Shown: piece by piece, positions 23,177-35,058 of the stretch
Layout of the letters: every line of letters starts with the position of its first letter
How positions within the stretch are numbered: position 1 is the stretch's first letter
Source of the DNA: Octopus bimaculoides
Taxonomy: Eukaryota
NCBI RefSeq assembly: GCF_001194135.2
Contig: NC_068983.1
Location: 125,797,838-125,838,646, forward strand
Reading direction: 5' to 3'
Length of the DNA: 40,809 nt
Notes under the pieces: generated by a model
Databases searched by the model: none
What the model saw: the letters and a program-made list of their open reading frames with translations, nothing else
What the model was told of the DNA's origin: nothing
Position numbers and translations under genes: made by a program

Positions 23177-26076
23177 AAAAGGAGAGAGCAAATAAAGAAG
23201 CTTGGGCTATAGAAAATATCAAGTCAAACCCTAAATCTTTAAGTTTGCCAAAGAAACAGCCTCAAAACCATATATTTTCGACTCACAAACTTACATCCGC
23301 TCAATAATCAGAGCAGATAGAATTATTATTAACTACATAATTGCAAGGACTAAATGATCGCTTGAATATCACCATTACTATTATTATGCAATTTTCTTAG
23401 AATGCATGAAATCATTAAGAATAGAAATTAGAATTTACATATTCTAGTATAGATATCATATATCCATTTAAACTCTTACATGTATAAGTACAATTATTAC
23501 TTCTTGAACTATTTGTAAGGCATGCCTTAAATCCTAAAGCAACTCCAATTGAAATTGAAATCATAAATAAGATAGAAAGAAACTGTATCATGGAAGTCAG
23601 GTCACTCAAGACGAATGTTTGAATACAAAGTAAATATATATTGCAGAATCTCTCCTACAAATTATTAAAACTAATAGGTGTATTTATCCCCAAGAGGCCT
23701 ACAATGATGGGTGGTGTTTCTCTTTTTCCATAGTGCTTAGCTTACTTTCTCGTGTGGAAGAACGTGTTGAATTGAACATTTCGACTGCGTTTAAATTCTG
23801 ATCTGAGTCATCTAAGACAACCAAGGAAGCTGTGTTATGTTTGTTCTAAAATATATTTTCATTGATTTGATTGATGAACTTTCTACTATTGCTGTCCTTG
23901 AAAGTATCATGTAAAATATCCGGTCAGAATTACTATGGTTTATACCAATGCCTTTCTAATTATAGAAAATGAAGAATCTTATCTAGAAACACCCTTTAAA
24001 TATTAGCCTAGTAGTATAATTGAAAAAGATCATTTTGTTTGTTTTACAACGTATATCTATCTGTTCATCTGCCCACTCGGGTTAGCTCGACTCCACCTGG
24101 CCACTCATCTTAATTACATATAACATTCAGGAGGTTAACAGAGCAATATACAATGTCGATGTCGTTTCTACCGATAATACGATTTGGGTTAATTAGCCAT
24201 TAATATCTAGAAATATTTGTTCATGACTCATTAATGATATTGATTACATGATGACACGATTGTCACAGAACTCCTCTTTAATCTGTTTTTTTACGTGTTA
24301 TTAAATACGAGTCCTATTTAGTGATTGCAGGTCACATCCGCATACTAAATGAATATTATTTTGAAATTATTATTGCAAATTTCGTGAGAAAATATCCCAT
24401 ATGATGCACAAAAATCTGGATCAATTGTTCTCCAAAATGTCAAGTTAGAACAAAGTTTCCATGTTGCTTAAAGGTTTAAATGATGTATGCCAGTTACAAC
24501 AGCTTTACGCATTTCTGACAATTACACGTACTTTGTGATAAAAGGATGTTCATACATAAAAAAATGTATGGAAAATAAATTAAAACTTATCAGAAATGTT
24601 CCCTGTCACGTCAAATCCCAATGCTAGGTTAGCAATATCAGATGCTTCTTAAGACAAAGTTAATACGCTGCAGACGATGTGAGAATTTAATAAATGCTAT
24701 ACAGGATTTGTTCAGTTGTATATATTTAACATGACGTATTATTTGCTGCGCATAATATACGGTTGCAAAGGCCATCAAGCCTTATTTCCAGGTGTTGATG
24801 ACTATCAAAGCAGTGGACATGTCAAATAAGCGAAAAATATCAGACAGTAAATATCAAGAAAGTCACGAGCAAGTCAAAGATGATGACATAGACTATACTG
24901 AAATGTCACCGATATACAATCAGATAGCGTGATTAGTGTTGCAACACTTCATTCGTGCAAGTAACGAATAATAAAGCTAGATATGCTGACGTCTAAAGTG
25001 AAAGTGTTTAAAACTATCTATAATCGGCACTAAAGAATTTTAAAGGAAATTACAGTGAGTTATACCTACATATTTTCTCAGTTCCTTTGTTACAATGACA
25101 TGGTTAACAGATTTCACAAGCGTTGTCATCGTTTTCTGATCCAACCAGGACTAATTTCATTAAGAAACAATACTAAATAATTAATAGGGATAAATCCAGA
25201 ATACTGCGAATCGGAAAAATTCACAGTGATAATCATTTATAACATTTCAATTTAGTCTCATTCAACGACTGAAGATAATTTAAAACTTTTCAACAGTCGA
25301 TGTCTTACCCAAGATATTTATAGGTGACCATTGTTAATGATGGTGAAGATGAAGATGAAGATAGCGATGATAATGATGATGGTGGTGGTGAAGCTGAGGG
25401 ATATTAACGAAAGTTATGTATGTTGTATCTACTGTGGTCTTCAGTTATAATCAACAACATGCAACTGAGAATATATTCGTTTCTTTTATTCTCAGTATAT
25501 TTACAACAATATTATTGAACATGCTGCCTAATTTGAGAGAGGATTTATTGCTATAATCAGAAGGTCGAATGACTGTGTAGAGCTCCCTGTCTCGGTTCAT
25601 AAATAGATGTACTTACAAAATTTGTTTACTACGGTAATAAATTATATTGCGCTGATCAAGAAAAGGAGATAATCGTCTTGAATTTGACACAATTTGAGAG
25701 GAAAAACATATTTATTTGTGGTATTAGATACATTGAATGCAGGTAGTGAAACTGAAATAAAATTTAACAGTGACTGTATAAGTAGAAAGAGAAAGAAATC
25801 ACAAGGGAAAGCAATTATCTGATATTAGAAGTTTACCGATCGAAACGTGAATCACATGAACGGAGATGAAAGCACGTTGAAAACTAATAGAAATTGGAGA
25901 TACAATCAAGAAAAGTACAAATTCACATTTGATAGATAACACACACACGTGCGTAAGCGCACATTTTAACTTTAAATTTTCTCTGGAGACGAAAATGTGG
26001 AAAAAATCTTTATCCCAACAAGGATGAGATTAATCAACTCTTAATGCAAGCTGGGTGTAAATATTTTCCTAGTAGG

Positions 26077-26079
26077 ATT

Positions 26080-26131
<52 letters not shown>

Positions 26132-26156
26132 CCATTATTATTATTATTATTAGTAG

Positions 26157-26198
<42 letters not shown>

Positions 26199-26206
26199 TA
26201 TTATTA
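26077..26206. repeat. (CAT)n/(ATT)n microsatellite, probably the expanded 3' tail of the adjacent RTE
   Basis: Read directly; abuts the RTE 3' end on the minus strand; explains the poly-Ile ORF. Confidence 0.85.
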
Positions 26207-26209
26207 TCT

Positions 26210-26620
26210 ACTTTCCGACCCGGAAAGCATTTACTAAAATCTCACAGCCTCGAGGCCCTCAATACATTCCAGGCCCACGTCTACAATCAAATTGTCAATA
26301 TAGGTGTGACGACATTTTCCTCTTCTTATATCATCATGAAGTGGGTTGCAAAAGACTAATTTGGATGCTATCAGTTCAATGTGACGTACTCAGGGACCAG
26401 GTATTCACAGCCGTTTTGCCTGATTATCTTGTTAATTTTAAACAAGTCCCCATAAAGACATTCGTTTGTCATAAGTTGCTGCCATTCCACATTTAGAGGC
26501 ATTCGTAGCATGCTTGTGTAGCACCCATTTAGCCCTTTTGATAATTTACTTGTCCGTCAATTTTTGACTGCCATATAATAGCAGCGTGGTAATCTTTGGT
26601 AACTGAAGAAACCCCTTGTC
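26210..26620 (-). mobile_element. RTE LINE 3'-terminal fragment
   Basis: LLLYGSQKLT, NGCYTSMLRMPLNVEWQQLMTNECLYGDL and RRGKCRHTYIDNLIVDVGLE match RTE C-terminal motifs; followed by a trinucleotide tail. Confidence 0.75.
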
Positions 26621-28357
26621 TGCCTAGGCTAATAGGATTTTAAACTCATCAAAATAAATAATAAAAAAAAACAGGTATATCTTATAATGTGTTATACGGA
26701 ACCAGCAACTGTCAGTGGCGAAAAAATTAAAATAATCTCGTTCTAATAATATAAAGGAACACCTTATATTTTCCAATATAATTAGTTTGCTTAAAGCTAT
26801 ATCCTGTTGTATTCTGCATCCATGTATATGATTCTCACAATTTCTATTTTTCTATAAAATATAATTTTCTTTACTAATGAATATGATGCCATGGCAGAAG
26901 ATTTAATTGCCTCCGTATTTTTCCACGAGGGCTCTTCTCGATGATATGGACAAAGTTATGAATTGGGCACATACAGCTATTATTCATAGCTTCCACTCAT
27001 ATCAACAATGGCGATTCTAGATTTATAATTATGGATGTTTTGAATGGATAGATTATATGTTTATAGTTGCTTCCATGAATGTGATTCCTAGTTAATTCAT
27101 AATTACATTTTCAACGAAAATACAAAATTTAATATTTTTAGGCAAATTATTTGAATTTTATGTGAAGGAAAATACTTGTACAGATATTTTTTTCTATTAT
27201 GCAGCTGTAGATAATTAAACAACAAATGCATTCCTGTTTCGTTTATCACTTATTGTATTGTATTTAACCGTTATACTTACACATTTTTGCGATTAAAATT
27301 ATAATCTCATTTCATATAAGAATTAAAAAGGGAACGAAAATGAAAGTTCCGAAGGAAGTCACAAGAAATAAGACAAAACAGATAATTGATAGTATTTCTA
27401 TACGGAAATTAGTGCCCAGTATCAGAAAAAGCACTTTCAGATGATGCCACAGTCAATGAAGTAGGGCGACATACATTCACCAATGCCAATCAACAACGTT
27501 ATAAATATGNNNNNNNNNNNNNNNNNNNNNNNNNNNNNNNNNNNNNNNNNNNNNNNNNNNNNNNNNNNNNNNNNNNNNNNNNNNNNNNNNNNNNNNNNNN
27601 NNNNNNNNNNNNNNNNNNNNNNNNNNNNNNNNNNNNNNNNNNNNNNNNNNNNNNNNNNNNNNNNNNNNNNNNNNNNNNNNNNNNNNNNNNNNNNNNNNNN
27701 NNNNNNNNNNNNNNNNNNNNNNNNNNNNNNNNNNNNNNNNNNNNNNNNNNNNNNNNNNNNNNNNNNNNNNNNNNNNNNNNNNNNNNNNNNNNNNNNNNNN
27801 NNNNNNNNNNNNNNNNNNNNNNNNNNNNNNNNNNNNNNNNNNNNNNNNNNNNNNNNNNNNNNNNNNNNNNNNNNNNNNNNNNNNNNNNNNNNNNNNNNNN
27901 NNNNNNAAGCGAGAATTCATGTTATAGTAAAAATGGATACGTAAGGGTGGAAAATCACAGGAATAATACCATATGTCCAACGCAAGATACGATATGTGTG
28001 TTCAATTCCTTCAAGAATCAATAAATGAATTTATAGTATTCAGTCTCTAAAGTGTCTAAAAGGTACGGTAAAAAGACAACAAATACAATAATAAAAACTT
28101 TTGAAATATCATGAATGTTCAAAATATTTATTAAAAAAAATATATTTATAAATATGCATGATTTCTAAGTTGTATAAAAATATGACAATTAAAGTTAAAA
28201 CATTATGATATGTAAACGTACATTATGATATAACATATAATGGGTAAATATATACGGTATGATGAAGTTATAAATTTGCATGTATTATATTAATAACGTG
28301 TACATTAGGATAGGATTAAAAAACAAAAAGCATATAATATAAAAGTTAAGTTAAAAG

Positions 28358-28448
28358 CATACATCTACGGACCGTTTCTGAGATGTGTCTATTAATATGG
28401 TGTTGTACTCATATTAGAGATTAGACACTCCCTTCATCAGGATGTTTG
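28358..28448 (-). ncRNA. type I hammerhead ribozyme motif (Penelope pLTR/retrozyme-like)
   Basis: Minus RNA: ACAUC-CUGAUGA-[long helix II]-GAAA-CG-GUC-CG-UA|GAUGU. Helix I ACAUC/GAUGU; helix II GUGUCUA/UAGACAC plus UAAUAUG/CAUAUUA; predicted cleavage after GUA, between 28366 and 28365. Confidence 0.78.
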
Positions 28449-28538
28449 TTTTACATATAGAGAGGAAGGAAAAAATATGGAGAACATAAAAAGTTCTTAT
28501 ACATTTATAAACAAAATTAAGGGATCAGCAAACAGGTT

Positions 28539-28694
28539 GCTTCACCACATACCAAAGTTCAAAAATAGCAGCTAAAAATGCTGAAACTCGGTATTTTTCT
28601 TCTTGTTTTGCCTATGTGAGTTGCGGGTAACTGCTATCTGTTGGAGTTTCAGCATTTTTAGCTGCTATTTCTGAACTTCGGTATGTGGTGAAGC
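28539..28694. repeat. inverted repeat: 51-bp arms (49/51 matched), 54-nt spacer, MITE-like
   Basis: GCTTCACCACATACCAAAGTTCAAAAATAGCAGCTAAAAATGCTGAAACTC (28539..28589) versus the reverse complement of 28644..28694; the right arm abuts an N-gap. Confidence 0.9.
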
Positions 28695-28972
28695 NNNNNN
28701 NNNNATATATTTGAATGTTCAATTTATAGGAAAGATCCAAGAGAACAATTACAAGATGTCATATAAGAGTCCTAGAAATCAGTGATCACACTTGTGTGGG
28801 AGTGAATAAGCGACACGTATTTTGCAGAATATAGGATAATTTGAAATTTGAGACAAATGTATGTGATGCAATCATTTATATCTTCATATAATCAACTCAT
28901 ATTTCGATGGATCCTGTCGGATTTATTTTGAATGCATCCATTGAAACGTATGTCGATGATATGAAGGAATAA

Positions 28973-29225
28973 GCGATTTGATGCTGATGTTTTTTGTTGA
29001 GGAGGACGCGAGTACTTAGCCGACCAAACGCAGATCGAGCGTGTTGTTGAGGACTGAGTCAATGTACGTGAATTGGTTAACATTAGTAATTGTCACATCT
29101 TCAACATGGGAGGAGTATGAGTTGATGTCGGTGGCAAAAGGCTGTTGGAGGATTTCCGTCCTTTTGGTATTGATGACTAGGCTAGCATGAGCTATGGCTG
29201 ACAAGAGCCGTATCATCTGTATATT
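28973..29225 (-). mobile_element. RTE-BovB-like RT fragment (region just after YADD), inverted relative to 29262..30125
   Basis: SLVINTKRTEILQQP, NVNQFTYIDS and ARSAFGRLSTRVLLNKNISIKS on the minus strand. Confidence 0.75.
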
Positions 29226-29261
29226 ACAACTCGAATAAACTCCATAGAACCTTCTTTTTTT

Positions 29262-30125
29262 TACAACATCCCTTCACTACCACCCATCGATAGCTGATAC
29301 ACCAGCCTTTGGAGAAAAAGAAATCTGTGATAAATGGCCTCAACTTGAACAAGGCATCCCACATTGGCCATCTGCCAACCGACATCTTGAGGTATGGCGG
29401 CCGGTCCCTCAAGACCCACATCCACGCTTTCATCTGCAGAGCATCAAATCCCACTGCGTGCCCCAACAATGGAAAGATGCCAATATTGTTGCCATATACA
29501 AAAACAAAGTTGACACAGCAGTATGTGGAAATAGCTGAAGCATCCCCTTGCTTTCGGTTGCTCGTAAGGTCAGTGCTCGAGTCCGCTTATCACGACTTCT
29601 GAGGCATGTTGCCAATGTTGTACAGTCTGAAAGCCAATGTGGTTTCCGAAGCGCCCGCTTGACTGTTGATATGAATTTTGTCGTAGTCTTCTCCAGGAGA
29701 AATGCCGTGAGCAAAACCACTCTCTTTACATGGCTTTTATAGACTTCAACAAAGCTTTCGACACCATTGACCGTGAGGTTTTCTGGGAAATCCTGACAAA
29801 ATTTAGGTGTCCACCACCTTTTCTAGCTTTTCTGATGAACTTCTATAACAGAATGATTGCCAGAGTCGACTATAATGGCACCCAATCTGACTTCTTCCCT
29901 GTCCAAGTCGATGTTAGGCAAGGATGCATACTTGCCCCAGTCATCTTCAACTTCTACATGGTAGGCGTAATCCTACAGGCCAGGCATTCATTCAAGCTGA
30001 AAGATGCAAATAGCAGTCAGGTACCAGCCGGATGACAGCATTTTCAATATGAGTCGACTGAAAACTGTAACAAAGTCGTCATCTTAACACATCTTTGATT
30101 TGCAATATGCAAATGATTTAATAAA
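29262..30125 (+). mobile_element. RTE-BovB-like RT fragment (RT domain 0 to the YADD motif), decayed
   Basis: LNLNKAS..PTDILRYGG, QSESQCGFRSAR, AFIDFNKAFDTIDRE..W.IL.KF.CP, VRQGCILAPVIFN, DLQYANDL. Confidence 0.85.
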
Positions 30126-32440
30126 ACCATGAGCGTTTACCTCCATTTTCAATTTCTCATTTATATACATATATATATATATATACATATATATATANNN
30201 NNNNNNNNNNNNNNNNNNNNNNNNNNNNNNNNNNNNNNNNNNNNNNNNNNNNNNNNNNNNNNNNNNNNNNNNNNNNNNNNNNNNNNNNNNNNNNNNNNNN
30301 NNNNNNNNNNNNNNNNNNNNNNNNNNNNNNNNNNNNNNTATATGAATGCATATATATATTTCTTGTATGTGTTTGTGATACATGTTTATACGCATGCATG
30401 TATATCCCTTATATGAGTTAGAATCAGTATCAGCAATACTAGATCATCAACAGGTTGATTATAGTGTGTCAAGATGTTACCTATTAGATAATATTATATC
30501 TGTATTTTAAGACATAGATAATTGTGCATAATTTATTCAATTCACATAATTCTTGTTTATCATCTGATCTAGTGAATATAAAACAACAACGCATACAATT
30601 CCTTGTACAGCTTTCATTTGCTAGCCAACTGTCACACAATAATTGGGTTAGTTGATTGGAATATATTGAAAAAAAAAACACATCACATTTATTAGGAAAA
30701 GAGACACTGACAGGTGGTTAGGTAATATCAATACTTGGTAAAGATAATCATCTGTGGATGCATGCACGAATGCTAAAATTGGAGGTTGGTGGACCATGTT
30801 GAACAAATAATTTGGTAGTGAGTTGTTCACCTGTTGCCTCTTCCGGTGAATGTGGGCGAGAGAATATTCTGTGACGGATTATAAACATTGAGCCAAAATA
30901 AAATAGTACACCATTAGTTGATGCAAAGCTAAAACACATTAAATTAGGTTACACGTATTTGGTTTATGTTTGTTTGATAGCCAATATTTCGGAAAACGTT
31001 TGGCCACACATTCTGATTTGTAAATATTGCATAGAATTTACCTTAACAGAAAAACTGTCATATATATTCCCCAATTATTACCTCAAATTTCTGAGATTTT
31101 GCGTATAAGAACTACAAATAGAAAGAAACACATGTTAAAAAGAAAAAAAAAATATTGGTAAAATAAATAACTGTATATTGGTATTTGAAGCACAACGATA
31201 AGTGGCATATTCTGATTCTGTTTTCATATCATCAACGACAATAAACATAATAGGGAAAATTGCTCTATTCAGTATATGTAAATGTTTCCACATTTCCAGC
31301 GACAAAAATTAACTGTGTTCTAATTTACAATGCATGTTTATAATCAAATATCTCGACAGTTCAAGGCATTACTGGCAAATTCAACGTAAGAAAATCCTGA
31401 TGTGTCGCCCCTAATTCCAAATTATTTATTTACTATGTGCTAGCGGTATCTCGTTTCACGCAACGATCCATGCGTGCAGACTGCGGAATTATGAGCGACA
31501 CGCATCGTGTTTGCACAAAGTATAAACGTAACGAACACCCTTTTAATAGTTTCCTTCTTAATGCTCGTTCTTTAATAATTGATTATGAAGTTTCATTAGG
31601 CTCACATATCTTCCATATTTGCTTTGTTGTTCTGGTAATGTGGAGGTGCTGCATTAACATCGACATTTGATTATTTGAAAAGATCTCATTCAACAAATTT
31701 CAGAAATGCTTTAGATAATATATAATGATTAATATCGACTCGAATAAGCAATGCCATAATGTTTTTTGGGGGACACATTATATATAGGTCTTGTGATTTC
31801 ATATTACATTGCACTTTTCCAATTATCACTCGAAAATTTCCAGAAACAGCATCACGTATTTCTATGGAGTAGTTAGAAATAATTCATAAAACGAGTCATG
31901 TTCAGAATAAATTACTCGCTTTGTAACAAAATATTATACACTCAGGAAAAGAATGTCACATGCACATCTAAAATTCCGACTCAACTAGCTATTTCATTCT
32001 TAATACTTACGGAAACAAATATATAACCTACGATAGATTTAAAACTATTATATCTTAATATTCAGTCGCGAACAAGGAAATAATACTTCACTGAAAATGC
32101 TGCTGACATAAAGTTTCTAGACCAAAAGCTGAATAATACATTTATCACCTGATTATAGAGGCAAAAGTGCACAGCACCGAAAAAAGACAAGTTAAATATA
32201 GTTACAGGCAAAGATAGACGAAAAGGTTCAATAATCAAGAATAAGCGTTCCCTTAGGTCTCATGCCTGTTTATATAATAACATATGTGAAAGACAGCTCT
32301 TACTATAAAATTATTTTAACATGGAACTTCTTTGAAATATACATTGTACAACGTTATTACAAAATGTTCTTAACACGTAAACACATAAAAATCGCTGATA
32401 CACATCTTCCTACACACACGCACACACGCACGCACACACA

Positions 32441-32485
<45 letters not shown>

Positions 32486-32598
32486 GTATGTTTGTGTGTG
32501 TGCGCGTGTGTATATATATATATATATAACAGCAAACACATTTTTTTATGAGTATATATATGTATTTGTACACAAATATTATCTACAATAATCTTATA

Positions 32599-32769
32599 GG
32601 CGTAGCAGTGACTGTGTGGTAAGTAGCTTGCTTACGAACCACATGGTTCAGGATTCAGTCGTATTGCGTGGCACCTTGTGCAAGTATCTTCTACTCTAGC
32701 CTCAGGCTAACCAAAACCTTGTGAGTGGATGTGGTAGACGGAAACTGACAGAATCTCGTCGTATATATG

Positions 32770-32800
<31 letters not shown>

Positions 32801-32968
32801 GNNNNNNNNNNCTGGTGTGTTTACGTCCTCGTAACTTAGCGGTTCGGTAAAATAGAGCGATACAATAACTACTAGGCTTACAATAAATAAGTCCTGGGGA
32901 CGATTTGCTCGACTAAAGGCGGTGCTCCAGCATGGCCACAGTCAAATGACTGAAACACGTAAAGAGAG
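32599..32968 (+). mobile_element. tRNA-derived SINE family B with an internal (AT)n microsatellite
   Basis: Head GTGACTGTGTGGTAAG...GGATTCAGTC; central CCTTGTGAGTGGATGTGGTAGACGGAAACTG (Meta-domain-like, from recall); (AT)n; 3' part CTGGGGACGATTTGCTCGACTAAAGGCGGTGCTCCAGCATGGCC...GACTGAAAC. Confidence 0.8.
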
Positions 32969-33264
32969 TATGTTCGGTAAGTATGGGTCCAATCCACGTC
33001 TAAGCTAATGAAATCCCTGGGAAATCCTCTCATCTCAGAATTTCATAGTTCATGAAGACTGAAGCCCAATGAAATCCAAACCTGTTGTTGACAATAATAA
33101 AAGAAATGTTTCCTACATGTCATTGAAGCGTTCAAAGATATTCATATGGGTAATGAAAACGACTAAACTAATGTGAATGACAATAGTGGAAAAAAAAAAA
33201 AAAATGAAATGCTGGGAAAATGGTACTGAAAATAGGCTAACATTTAACCTAGAATTTTCGTAAC

Positions 33265-33493
33265 TATTATTCTATAGACATTGTACATACTTTCTGAACA
33301 TACTTACATGAAACTATGATCACTACAGAAATATTTGCAGAGTTTTATTATTATTCTATAGACATTGTACACATTTTTATTATTATTCTATAGACGTTGT
33401 ACACATTTTTATTATTATTCTATAGACATTGTACATACTTTCTGTGCATACTTACATGAATCTAAGATCACTACAGAAATATTTGCAGAGTTT
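33265..33493. repeat. nested tandem duplication: two ~80-bp units separated by two 32-bp units
   Basis: TATTATTCTATAGAC(A/G)TTGTACA occurs four times; the long unit ending CACTACAGAAATATTTGCAGAGTTT occurs twice. Confidence 0.9.
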
Positions 33494-34784
33494 GTGATGT
33501 TATAATAATGAGTTTATATAGCACAGCGTTTTGGATATTAAAACTACCATCTTTTCCAGTTTAAATCCTTCTGGTGTTTTTTGTTTGTATTGCTGTATAA
33601 GATTCTGGCTGTACTTTTGGAAAACTAAAATTCTAAATTTCCTCTTTATCGATGTTTCCTAACTTCCACTGTATAATCAGGATAAAAAGTGGTGTTATCT
33701 TCTATACTTCCGCTTCTGGAAAAGGCAAGATATATTCATGCAGATTGAACCGCCATATACTCAGACACGTATTTTGTCCATTACAATTCTTAACATAAAC
33801 ACCCACACACACACACACACACACGCGCGCATATACATATACACACAGATACACACACACACACAAACACACATACACGTACGTATATATAAAATAGACA
33901 GCCTCGCTTTACACAAGAATAAATAATGTAAATTCATCTATTTAGTATCACTGAAAGAAAAATTGCTCCTTATGCATTTACTGATTTACAGATCCTAAAT
34001 CATAATATTTATACATTCATATCAATACTATAATATTGCGAAATACATGTTTTCTGTTCAGTGTTACATTCCACGTCTTTTCTTTGCTGACGCAAATATA
34101 TTTCATCTACTTATAGCCTTATAATATAGCTCTGTGCTTTTTAAGTTTAGAAGGCTATGATGGGTTTATCTTTAGCAATTACTTAATTGGCATGTTTCTT
34201 AAGCCTGATTCGATAAGCTTTCCTCATAGCAATATAGTGTGTAATCACTCGTAAAAACTTTATGACTATCGAGAATCTGATATATCACTTCTCAACTTTC
34301 AGTTATTAATATTGTTGATATTTATATCCAACCTCAATTCTGTTATATATTGTATCTTAATAACTTCTGTATGATACTATATTTCAATGGTATTCGTATT
34401 TGGATTCTAAAACATCGTCCCAAATATTGATAATGTAAATATTCCACGGGATTCTTTTGCAATTTTACTTATTAAATAAAGCAAGTAAAAAATAGAAAAA
34501 AATGACATCAATCACTGTATTTATCAAAAACGAAGAGGAAATTTGTGAAACTGAGGTATCACTTTTCTTTGAAACATTTATAAGTGGCGCACTCAATAAC
34601 GACTCCTTCGAGAATATTTTTCATGGCAATTTTAATATTTATGTAAAAAGCAAAACATCTTCGAAAATATTACATTAAATTACCTCAGTACTCTCCCTCC
34701 AACACCCCTTCATTATAGTACTAACTACTGCTACCTTCACCACCGACTACCTCCCAATCTGCCCGCTTGTGTATCTGTCTCACT

Positions 34785-34854
34785 GTCTACCTACCTAGCA
34801 ACCTACCTACCTACCTACCTATCTACCTACCTACCTACCTCCCTACATACATAC

Positions 34855-34910
<56 letters not shown>

Positions 34911-35025
34911 TTGTCTGTCTGTCTGTCTATCTATTTGGCTGTCTGTCTGTCAGTATGTCTGTCTATCTATCTATCTATCTATCTATCTATACATCCATCC
35001 ATCCATCCATCCATTCATCCATCCA

Positions 35026-35056
<31 letters not shown>

Positions 35057-35058
35057 AA
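34785..35058. repeat. compound tetranucleotide microsatellite (CTAC)n-(CTAT)n-(CTGT)n-(CCAT)n-(CT)n
   Basis: Read directly; explains the ORF 34767..35252. Confidence 0.9.

Noticed and set aside
23177-23270. CR1/L2-like LINE scrap (EAWAIENIKSNPK)
   Set aside because: Only about 13 residues of resemblance; too short to support as a feature.
25324-25407. Acidic mini-exon VTIVNDGEDEDEDSDDNDDGGGEAEGY after TTTATAG
   Set aside because: Composition is explained by a degenerate (GAT/GGT)n microsatellite.
31430-31530. CpG-rich patch as a regulatory element for the GPCR
   Set aside because: Only compositional evidence over ~100 nt; no motif or structure to support it without conservation data.
8148-32700. 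tRNA genes suggested by A/B-box-like motifs
   Set aside because: All are SINE heads without a cloverleaf and continue into SINE bodies.
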